Assembly: GCF_046119375.1 (NCBI RefSeq)
Contig: NW_027366915.1
Location: forward strand, 1-64,000
DNA: 64,000 bases
Source: Phyllobates terribilis
Lineage: Eukaryota
Direction: 5' to 3'
Below the pieces are notes generated by a model. That model was not told where the DNA came from and searched no databases. It saw nothing but the letters and a program-made list of their open reading frames with translations. Below are positions 1 to 11,130 of the stretch, in pieces; positions within the stretch are counted from its first letter, which is position 1; the number at the start of each line of letters is the position of its first letter. The position numbers were made by a program, and so were the translations under genes.

Positions 1-3000
1 AAGGTACCTCACCAACTTCATATCCTACAACTGCCAACAAAAAAGGGAACATTGCCAAGACATGTAAGAACCCAAAGGTAGCTGGTAGCTCTAGCTCATC
101 TGAACCCAAGAAAGCATTCTTCACTACATGGGTGACTCAGATGAAGAGCTAGGCATGGGTGAATAAACCCAAGCCAAATATCTTGTGGCTTTAGAAGACT
201 GAGATAGAGAGAAACCCATAAAGGTATCTTCCCTTAAACTTAACATCTTGCCAAAAGAAGATCTAGTTACTACGTTACAAGGGTTAATAGAAGATAATGA
301 CATCCTTATTGCTCAAGCTAATGAATACATTGAAGAGATTTATGAACTTCGAGTTGAGATAGTTGAGCTCTTAAAAAAAATTCATGTTGAAACATCGTGA
401 TTACAAAGTTCTGTGAACAATGTAAGGCAAAGGGTCTCAAGCAAGATTTTGACTCAACTGTATCAGGCAAAATCGATTTCATTATGAGTAAGCTTGATAC
501 CCTAAATAAGTCTATCAAAGCAAAGACTGTTAACCAAACAATCTTTGTAAGAGCTAGACTTGGTTTAGGCTACACCTCACAAGAAACTCCATCATGCTCT
601 ACAGATATCTCATTTACTACTTAATTGACTGAAAAGATTAATTCACTTAGCAAAGAATTTCAATCTTGCAAAATCAAGAATGAATATCTTGAGAGAAAAA
701 TGAAGATTTTTTTGAAGAGGAACCCAAAGAAACCAATAAGTGGTTTCATGGGGGAAAATATCATAAGCCATATCTTAAGCAAGCACTGAATCCTCAATCT
801 CAACAAGTTGAAACTCGAGAGGAAAGCTTCATTTTGCTTCGGAAACGGAAAGTATGGCCATGTCAGGTACAACTTGTATTATACTTTATGTGGAAAGAAA
901 GGGCATTGAGTACAAGAGTGTGAAAGTAAAAGGGTTCTTAAAAGGAAACCTTATAAATCATACAATTCTAAGCCAAATCAAGTATTATATCTGAATGATC
1001 CATCTTACTATCAACCTTTTGCACCTTCCACAGAAGCCAAAGCAAAAAATAGTAGACTAGGAGGTGCTTGCACTAATCCACCCACGAAGTCTGAGCTTTG
1101 ATGGGTTCCGAAAACTTAATTCTTCTTAATTGTAGGTTGAAATGAGAAGTGAATGGTATATTGACAGTTGTTGTCATGTCAAATTAACGACAACTCTTGC
1201 TCTCATTTCAAAATAGAGAAGGAGGTAACATTTCTTTTGGTGATAAAAAGCAATGAATAATCAAGGCCACATGAAGCGTTCAACTAACTCATGAAATCCA
1301 TATCAGAAATGTTAGCTTGTTTGATAGTCTCAAATTCAACCTCGTAAGTGTCGCTCAGATATGCGATCAAGGTAAGAATGAGATGACCTTCACAACAACA
1401 GAGTGTGTGGTCAAGGCTCCCAATAAATAAGTCATAATGAAGGGGAAAAGAGTCGACAATACTTATCTTTTTTACTATACCTCCAAGCCAGTGCAAAAAC
1501 TTTGTCTCGCTACCATCTAGGAATAGTGCATTCTGTGGCACAAATGCCTAGACACGCCAGTCTTCATCTTATCCATAAGCTCCATAAGAAGCTAGTAAGA
1601 GGGATTCCAGAGATCAAGTCCTGGTCTATGAAGAACTTCTCCGAGTGTGCGCAATCTAAAATTGCTCGCCAGTCCTTAGCGGCATCAAAGAAGGTAGTGT
1701 CCACTAAGTTCCCCCTTGAGCTAATCCATATGGACTTGTGTGGCCCAATTCCAGTTCAAAGCACCTGAGGTAATCATTAAATTTTTATGCTAGTCGATGA
1801 CTTCTCTCACTTTACCTGGACTCTCTTTCTAAGAACCAAGGATGAGGCTTTTGAAGAGTTCTCCTCCTTAGTGCTTCTTTTGGAAAAGAGTTTAGATAGC
1901 CCTCTCCGCACCATTCGCTCAGATAATGGGATGGAATTTGCGAATGGGAAATTTTTAACATTTTACATTGAGAAGGGCATCAACCACCACTTTTCATCTC
2001 CAAGAACGCCTCAACAGAATGGAGTCGTGGAAAGGAAGAACATGATGCTCGAGGAAATGGACAGAACCATGCTCATAGTTAGTGAATTCACCAATATTAT
2101 TGGGCTCAAGTAGTGAGCACAACTTGCTACATAATCAACCATGCTATGCTTAGGCCAAACCTGGAGAAGACCTGCTCAAAGGATGAACCCCCAATCTCTC
2201 GCACCTAAGGGTCTTTCGGTGTAAGTTTTATGTCCATAACAATGATAAGGACAATATGAGTAAGTTCGATGCGAAAAATGATGAAGCATTCTTTCTAGGT
2301 TACGCTCCTTCAAGTAAGGCATACAAGGTATTCAACAGAAGGACCAAAAGGATAGAAGAAAGAATTCACGTCACCTTTGGTGAGCGACCCGTTCCTCCAT
2401 CATATGATGATACTAACATTTATCAAGGTGAAGCTTCCTCATCACTCCAAGGTTCTCTTCATCATGCTTCTTCACCTACTTCATCTAAAGTTGGAAGTGA
2501 TGATGATGATGATGTCCCAAGATCTCCCCTTCTTTGAGTGAGGGCACTCTGAATGAGGTTAGAGACACCATTGATGCAGCTTAGTAAGATGCTCCATATA
2601 CTGAGGCAGTGAAACCAGTAGAGGAGGTGACAAGCACTAAGGGTGATACTCTTGTTGAGAATGAAGCGGGACTCCCTATCACTGAAATGGGATTTCCTCT
2701 TGTTTAAGCGATACCTTCCTCATATTTAGCGAGACCCAAACAAGCCTTAGTGCGACTACAGAAGGCCTCAGCGGGGCCTGTCAAGGACTCGACGAGACCC
2801 TCACAATACTTAGCGCGACCACAAAAGGCCTCAGCGAGACCTACACCTTCCTTAGCTAGTACTTCAAGTACTCCTACTACAAAGACATCGTCTTCCTCCT
2901 TCGAAGAGTTCCTTGAAGACACTATTATGGTGACTAGAACCTATCAGTAGAAGAAGTCTAATCTTGTTGGTCAGATATTGACACCTTTCTCATGCAGAGT

Positions 3001-5465
3001 GCAAAAGAGGTCTTCACTCAATAATCTCTTTGACTTCAATGCATTTGTGTCTCTAGTCGAGCCAAAGGATATTCAGCAAGCGCTTTGTCACCATGATAGG
3101 ACTATCTCTATGCAAGAAGAGCTCATGGATTTTGAGTGCAACAAGGAATGAAGACTTGTTCCAAGACCGTCCAACAAGACCATCATTGGGACTTGATGGG
3201 TTTTAAGAAATAATTTGGACAATATTGGAAGCTTGATCAGGAATAAAGTGATATTGGTAGCTCAAGACTACAATCAACAAGAGGGGATATATTATGATGA
3301 GACTTATGCTCCAGTAGCACATCTTGAAGCTATTCAACTATTGATTGCGTTTGCAGCTCTTAAAGGTTTCAAGGTATATCAGATGAACGTGAAACCAGCC
3401 TTCCTCAATGGTACTATGAATGAGGAGGTCTATGTTAAGCAACCACCTGGTTTTGAGGACAAAGAGCATCCTGAGCACATCTATTTCTTTGATAAGTCAT
3501 TCTATAGACTCAAACCATCTCACAGGGCTTGATATGACTTCCTCTCTAACTTTCGCATGAGTAACAACTATAAGAAAGGAGCTATTGACAAGACACTCTT
3601 CGTCGACACTCTTCATCAAAGAGCATAAGGGTGATATTCTCATCGTCCAGGTATACGTTGATGATATCATCTGTAGATCTACTAAATGTCCTTAGTCAAT
3701 CATTTCAAGGAATCCATGAGTTCAAAGTTCAATATGAGTATAATCGGTGAGCTTACACTCTTCTTGGATCTACAAGTCGTCCAAAAGGAAGAAGGCACCC
3801 AGATCCACCTGCAGAAATATCTCAAGGAAGTCCTCAAGAAGTTCAAAATGGACACAAGCAAGCCGTTTGCTACTCCCATCTCCATCACCACTAAGCTAGA
3901 TATTGACTTAAGTGGGGAAAAGGTAGATGAGGCCAGCTATATAGGAAAGGTGGGATCTTTGATGTACCTTACTACTTCTCGCCGACATATAGTGTTCGAA
4001 GTTAGTTTATGTGCCAGATCTCAGAGTGACCCTCGATCTAGCCACGTCACCGATATCAAGCGAATCATGTGCTACCTTAAGGGCCTCGATCTTAGCCACG
4101 TCACCGATATCAAGCGAATCATGTGCTACTCTTAAGGGCACATAAAACCCTTTGTTTGTGGTACCCTAAAGGTGGTGATATTTCCTCATTGGCTAGACAT
4201 GTGTAGACTACGCATGATACTTAGTAGACAGGAAGAGCACATCTGGCATGGGCAATACTTAGGTCTTGCTAGTATCATGGGGCTCAAGAAAGCAGAACTC
4301 TATTGCTCTTCAACCACTGATGCCGAATACATCGCAGCAGCTACTTGTGCCTCTCAAATCATGTGGCTCAAATAACAATTAGTGGATTTTGGAGTCAAGC
4401 TTGGACATCTTGAAATCAGAGACAATACTGGTGTAATAAATGTCTCTAAGAACCTTGTTCACCATTCAAGAACCAAGCATATCTGATAAGACATCATTTT
4501 TTTGTGATCATGTGGAAAATAAGAATATCAAGCTAACTCATTGTAGAACAGAATAGCAAGTAGTGAAAATCTTCACAAACCTTTGAATAGGTTGCCTTAT
4601 GTTCATCTTCAGCTTTTACTGGGGATGACCCCCTTGACTGATGTAACTCTTTCAAGCACGATAAGCTCCCTCATAATTTGACTAGTTTATGCATATTAGT
4701 ACACGTTTGGAACTTAAGAGTGAGGATGATTCCCTAAAAAGCAATTTATTTTGTCTCTCGTATAACTTACACTATATTTTTCAAAAGGGTCAATGAAGCG
4801 TGATTATTTTATTATCTTTTTGCATGTTTTTCTTTTTACGTCATTATTTTAAACATGATGATGCTTCTTAACCTATTTGTAAGCCACCCCAGAATTATTC
4901 ATGCTTAACAGAAAGTCCCTAAGCCCGACTCCTGTGTGACGCTTCATATCCCCCTTAGTCACATATAGAAGTATTCATAGTGAGTGTCAAAAAGCCTACC
5001 TATTGTGGTATATGTTTGTTTTTCACCCATGCTGATATTCTATGACCCCCCTTATATTTTTTATCCATTTTTATCACACTTTTATGTTACTTAATTTGTA
5101 AGACATTCTGGTGGTAGGTCACGTTTTGAGAACGTTAAGCAACGAAGCACAATCATCCACCGCATGCCTTTCTTTACACACCTCAATTATGAGAAGCCAA
5201 CAATCATTATTCAGCGTGATCAGAAAGCGACTTTTGAGCGCTAGCTTTTGTGACCTTTGAAGTTCCAGTGCAATGAATAGAGCCGTTGAGGAAAAGACCT
5301 ATTTCTAGAGACCCGTCTAAAGGAGCGTCCGGGTCGTACGAGAACCTAGGTAAGCCATAGTTTCCACATGACCTTACCTTGTCTCCCTTATATTCTCTCT
5401 CTACAAACCATATCTCTCTCTCTCACTTAATCTCACTCACTCCATTCTCAATCACCTATACTCAA

Positions 5466-7050
5466 ATGTCCTCCTCTAGTTCTAACAGAACCATAGTTGA
5501 AATCTCTGCCGATGAGAGCCTGAGATGTTTAGGCGATTCAAGATTCAACCAAGCAAGCTAAAATTCACAAAAACCGAAACGCCCCAAATACAACCCTATT
5601 ACCCTTTCCGTTATAGAGACGCCTCCTCCGCTCACCCGAGGCGCCAGGTTGAGAACTCTCTCAAGAGCTTTCTGTGAAGAAAGAAGAGCCTCTTCCCCCA
5701 TCTTAGGAAGAGATGCTTGAGTCACCAAAGAAGTCCTGCCAACTTATCCCGAGAAGCGACCAGTATTCTGATTGTCACTATGTTGGAAGACTTGCCAGTA
5801 CACAAAGAAAGGTGAACAACGCAAGGCAGTTTCAGAGGTTAGGAGAGTCAAGCTCCACTAGAAACAAGAGGGAATCTAGTACTTCATGAGCCAGCACACG
5901 AGGAGGAACTTGACCCCTTCATCACGAGGTACTACATCACTGATCTTTCTCTACCTCTTCTACAAAAATGTGATCGCCATCCGCCTCCAAGAGGAAAAGA
6001 GATGAAGAGAGAGTCTCCCCTCCCATCACATCTAGTCGCATCTAGATGAGGAGAAGGATTATGAGCAAGCTGAAGAAACTGGGGAGGATGAAGTGATAGA
6101 AGAAATTCCTAAGAAGAAAAAGGCCCTTGCTATCGAGAGAAAAGGCAGCAAGGACAAACCTAATGCCATCTATCTGTCAAGAATCGCCAAGCGTGTGCTC
6201 TTAGCTCCACTAATCATCGCTCTAGAGACATGGATAAACCTCAACAAATTTTTGATCTCACGGAGGTTTAGGAACTGCTCAGCATTCATGGTTGGAACAA
6301 GCTAGAGGTAGCTCCCTCTGAAGGAAACCTAGAGAGGATCATGACCTTCTACAGTCATTTCAACCAGTTCCTCAGTCCGATTCAATGATTCACATGGATT
6401 GTGTTGTCTTGTAACAAGCAGAACGCCTACATCTCCGTCAAAGACTTTGCAACCGCACTTGGATGGAGACAAGGATAGGCTTCAATGCAACACCAAGAAA
6501 TGTAGTTGGCCTAAAGGAGTACCAGATCAAGAAGGATCTCTTTGGAGCAAACTGGAACCAGAAAGATCTTAAGTTATTTTATCTAATTTTTTCCTCTTTG
6601 CATCTTGCACTACTTTATGTTGAGGAACATCATCCAAGAAGAGAGCACAGAGAGATACTGACAATTGCATATGCGTCCTACTACACAAGTGCATGAACGC
6701 GGAGCTAATGATACTCCACACAAATCATGTACTCTCATATATATACGTGCAAAGAAGCATAATAGAAAATCTGCCTTACACTCACATATTCAAAGAAATT
6801 GATGGTGCAACACAAGCTCTATGTCGCTGAGAAGAAGAGAATTGTTAATGAAGTCTTACTCCTGATATTCTGTGAAACTTAGTGAAACTAGTGAGAGGAA
6901 AAGAAGAAGAAGCAGATTAACCCTCATTTACGCTTAAAGGGGCAGTAGGAGCTCAGACTCAAGCATAGTGCTTCAAGCCTTAGCCAAAATTGAGCAAGCT
7001 ATCAAGGAAGGTGTTAAGCTTAACACCTCTAGATTAAAAGGGTAGGTGAT
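5466..7050 (+). pseudogene. Sirevirus env-like accessory ORF (fragmented) of copia A
   Basis: Broken frames between RNaseH and the PPTs: Ser-rich start MSSSSSNRTIVEISADE, an acidic/basic linker (EEIPKKKKALAIE), then a region resembling the env-like ORFs at 41840-42660 and 50313-51924. Confidence 0.65.
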
Positions 7051-7595
7051 AGCTTGATGAGCTTATTAAGCTCCAAATGAACTTTACTGATAGAAAAAGC
7101 TTTCCTATGAAAAGCTATCTTCCTTCTTCATCTAATGTGCTTATGTCATCCTTTTGCTTCTATTTCTATCTTTTGCCTTAGGCTTATCCTATGCCTTGTA
7201 ATTCTCTATATTAGTTAAATGAAACCAAGTATGTGTATTATGTTATCATTAATATTATGCTTGATTAGCTTACTTATTGATTGTTCTTATTTGACCCTAT
7301 TAACCTTTGTGCATGATTCAGTGAGAGTAGCAGACAAGAAGTTCTAATAGTTCCCTTATGTTGTACTTTCTTGCTGTTTTCGATGATGTCAAAAGGGGGA
7401 ATTTAGAAGTGTGCATGTTGACGTGCTACAATGTTAGTCAAGGTTAAGAGGAATTAGACGTATCTGGTCTAAGGGGAATAAAAGTATACTTTCAAAGTGT
7501 AAGTTGAAATTGTAAGTGAAAGCTTCCTATGTTCAAAATTTTGAAGCTTAATATGATTCTGTTTCATATCAATTGTCATTATCAAAAGGAGAAAT

Positions 7596-8516
7596 TGTTA
7601 GTTGAGCTAGCAGTAGCTTAATTTTAGTTTCTCAAGTTTTGATGATTACAAACTTAGTATCTAACCATCTATATGAGTTTTAAGTATTACACGTCATGCT
7701 TATAGATATTATGGTCTACCTTACAAATTTTAAGTCTCAGTTATAAATATTAATAAGCTTCAAGGGTCGCGCTTAGGACTTTACAAGGTTTCTTAGCAGG
7801 GCGATAGCGCGTTGATACTCAGAAGAGAGGCTAAACAAACCAAGGCGAGGAAAAGGGAGAAGAGTGTAGGAAGGATAGAAAACCTGGTGAAATGTGTTTT
7901 TTTTTCTAATAAACACATGTTAAAGATGCAACTAAGGAGAATGTAAGTTGTGCAAGTTCAGCTAGATCAAGCTATATGGACCGTACACGTGTTATCTTAA
8001 TATGCAAGTGATGTGATGTGAATAGAGTAGATCAAGCTCACCACGTTTCATTCAGTCTAGCAGCTTGTCAAGTGGCAAAGTTGTTCCAACGGAATCAAGA
8101 AGCCATTTCTATTGACCAATGATATTTAAGCATAATTTAAAATATGTCACTTATAAAGTTGTATAGAAAGCTAGATGTTGAGTTTGTCTATATATGATAG
8201 AACTAGAACTAGTTAAGGGTATGAGTTCTATTTCTTGTGGGAGTTATTGCTTTGTTGAGAGTTAGAGAGTTTCTATTTCATTTTGAGGAAGTAAAATCAT
8301 AAAACACTAGAGAGCAAGAGTGTTTTGAAAGGAAGCGTATGTAAGCTCGACTACAAAAGTAATACTAGTCTTAGGGTGAGTTTTATTCTGGATCATTTGT
8401 GATCTATAATTTCACTTTTTAATGAAAACTTGCTACAACAAACTCGAATTTCAAGTTGTTCTTAGAATCTAATTCTTGGAAAAACTAAGATCAAAACCAG
8501 CAATTTTTCCCTTTCA
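7596..8516 (+). repeat. 3' LTR of copia A (~920 bp)
   Basis: Starts TGTTAGTTGAGC directly after PPT AAAAGGAGAAAT and ends CCCTTTCA. Its start resembles the 5' LTR start of copia B (21100 leftwards). Confidence 0.8.
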
Positions 8517-9265
8517 TTGATCAACATGTTACAATCTCAATCACATCACCCCACACAAAAAATCACTACTCTAGACACATCAAAGCTCTACCTTACCAAA
8601 TAAACAACAACGAACAAAATGATCAAGAACAGAATCCAAAGCACACCACCTTCCAACTCAGTAAGAAAATCATGTCCCTAACCGAAATATACTTCTTAAC
8701 CCAAACTGCAACATCCTAAGCACAAGCTGAGCCTGCGAGGTCTTAAGCAGAATATCAAGTGTAGCAAACTTATGAACAGAGTCCTTATACTCCAAATCGG
8801 AGCATCAACGTTCTCTCTCCTCAACGCCTCTGAGTAATGAATGGCTTGATCCCTCATCCAATCGTTCTCTGCAACGACTGTGAGTGTCGACGGCATGAGC
8901 TTTAAGGGAGGGCCCACACCGGGTAGGAGAGGGTTGGCGGCTCGGTGTTGAGGCTGAACCCGTGGTTAGGTAGGAGAAGCTTCCATGCGAGTAGAGATGT
9001 GGTTTTGTAGTAGAAGTATGAGTTGGATAGATTTGTTTTGGATTGATTTGGGATTGTGCCCATGAAGAAAGGGTATAGTAGTACTTGGAATACTACTTTT
9101 AATGGGTTTAGGTGTCTTGATTCTTCGATTGATTTATGAGCTATGTAGTAGGCGATGTTTGATCCACAGCTTATTCCAAGAAGAGCACATCTGTGAGCTT
9201 AGAGAATAACTTGATAAGTTTAGTGTTTGTTCGGTGTATTTGGTTTTTGTACACACATATATTGG
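8517..9265 (-). pseudogene. Decayed duplicate of carboxylesterase exon 2, with 3' UTR and the end of the intron
   Basis: Colinear with 22739-23472 at roughly 88% identity by eye. It keeps the acceptor CACAG|ATGTG (exon from 9190) and the stop at 8658-8660, but has 1-nt deletions (~8670, ~8795, ~8950). No exon 1. Confidence 0.92.
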
Positions 9266-9311
9266 AAAAATATTTATAAAAATATATATGAATGGAGGTT
9301 CGGATGGTGAT

Positions 9312-11130
9312 TCTGATTTCCGCCAGGACAGTGAGTATTCAAGGTTTTCCATTATACTGAGTCTATAGTTCATCTTTCTTGATTTTCTTGATGCTAAATT
9401 ATATTTTGTTTCGATACAAAGCCAACAATACCAGCCACGTCTGTTTTTCGTTATCATTTGATCCTAAACGAGTTCTTTCGAAGTTCATTACGCAGTTCAG
9501 CAATTGTTTTGACGTGACCAGTAAGTTCCACGGTCTTCGCCTTTTCTAGAGGATATACTTCATCTTTTATGTATTTTCTTGACTCTAATTTGTAGTTCAT
9601 TTGATACAAATCCAACGATACCAACCATGTCAGATTCCATTTCTGTTTGAGCCTTGAACAAGTAGGTCGAACCCAATTGTGCATCAACATATGTTCTGTT
9701 GAGTTACATTCGGTTTTTGGAGTCAAGACGGAACCTTATCCCCATTCCATCCATATCAACATCTTCTGATATAAGACAAGTGGCGGTTCGTTCTTGCTTA
9801 TCTATTGTTTTATTCCATATTTCTCTTAATTAACAATGAATTGGTTGTATATTAAGTTGGGGATAAAATATTATTCTCTTGTGTTTTGGAAACTTTAATA
9901 ACCTAAAATAAATGTTATTTAGGTTGTATGCATATAGAGGTTATACATATATATATATGTATTTGTGATTATATTATTACCTTAGGGTGATAGATGGACT
10001 TTGTTGTGGATATATTGTATAGTTAGAACGAGTATTCGTAGGAACACTATGTACCTTGCGAGGTCTAATTGTTTCTTTATAACTCGGTATTAGGAGGATG
10101 TACCATAATATCTTTTGGTCATGACCGTACCCTATATGTTGATATAAGTGGTGGTGCACTTAGCGACAATCGGGATTATTCTCTTCATTCTCATTGCGAG
10201 ACATCATTAAAGCTTCACCTTGAATGTACGTTGAGAAGTAAAGAAGATAAGTGTTATTTTGCACATAATAAATAAACCTCCGGGTGATTAATACAACTTG
10301 GAAAATCGTCTGGCCTCCTGGTTAAGTAAGTCATCTTTCCAATCTGAATTTGCACAACACGTATAAAGTGAGGTTGGTCGTTGACCCAATTATTCATGGG
10401 AGGTTATTTCATCAAACCATTTTGGTTATTATCTAAAATGTTCACATACAAATATATATACTATTCAAATATAATTCCTATAAGACTCAGTTACCTTGGA
10501 GTCTTCTCTTGTTATAAATATTTCCCATAAGACTCAATTCCTTTGGAGTCTTCTCTTGTTATAAATAATTCCCATAAGACTCAATTTATTTGGAGTCTTC
10601 TCTTGCTATATATATATAAATATATTTTCTAATTCGGTGGAAGTATCGGAGTTTCCCTCGGCTATCGGCTTTCATTCGAGAACCGATGGGTTTTTAACTA
10701 GATACGACCACAAAGAGCATCCATATAAATCCCATTTGCATAGTATTTCATTAGACTAACTGATTGTTATTTTCCTTGCATGGTTGGCTGGTGTCATTTG
10801 TCTACATACGGCACATTAGGTGGTGCTCTCGAGGTGTGAAGAAGAATATCAAAAGTTGGCAGTTAATGTTTCAAGTTCATGTTATCAAGGTTGACGATCA
10901 TGATGATGATCAAGTTATATATATACTTGTTATTTTTACAAGTCCTCCGCTGATGTAATTTGTATTACAATTCAGATTGTACTGATTTTCCGCATTATTA
11001 TGTAAGACTTTGATATTATTTATATATATGTGTGTTATGTTTTGTTCAATGAATATAATCCTGGGTGATTTTGGACGTGAGAGTCTAAAGTCATCGGTGG
11101 TAATATTCCCTGTGAATTGGGGGTGTTACA
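9312..11130 (+). repeat. 5' LTR of the Tekay element (first ~720 bp missing)
   Basis: Aligns by eye to 17270-19096 at about 90-93%; ends GGGGTGTTACA just before the PBS. Confidence 0.9.
10476..10620 (+). repeat. Three 47-bp tandem units (AAGACTC-N10-GAGTCTT hairpin followed by a TATA-like sequence) in the Tekay LTR; second copy at 18450-18595
   Basis: AAGACTC starts at 10482, 10529 and 10576. Each is followed 10 nt later by GAGTCTT, then CTCTTG(T/C)TATA(A/T)ATA. Confidence 0.9.

Larger units (their letters stand above)
1..8516 (+). mobile_element. Degenerate Ty1/copia LTR retrotransposon A, Sirevirus (SIRE/Maximus) lineage; 5' end lies left of the window
   Basis: Gag zinc-knuckle remnants (1-1100). 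Pol fragments: WYIDS protease, GAG-pre-integrase/HMDLCGP, integrase IRSDNGMEF...PQQNGVVERKN, RT MNVKPAFLNG...VYVKQPPGF and YVDDII, RNaseH SSTTDAEYIAA (1136-4640). Env-like ORF remnant (~5466-7050), multiple PPTs (7391, 7471, 7584) and a 3' LTR. Many stops and frameshifts. Confidence 0.93.

Noticed and set aside
9134-10958. Short ORFs in the Tekay LTR
   Set aside because: The equivalent frames are not preserved in the second LTR and show no protein motifs.
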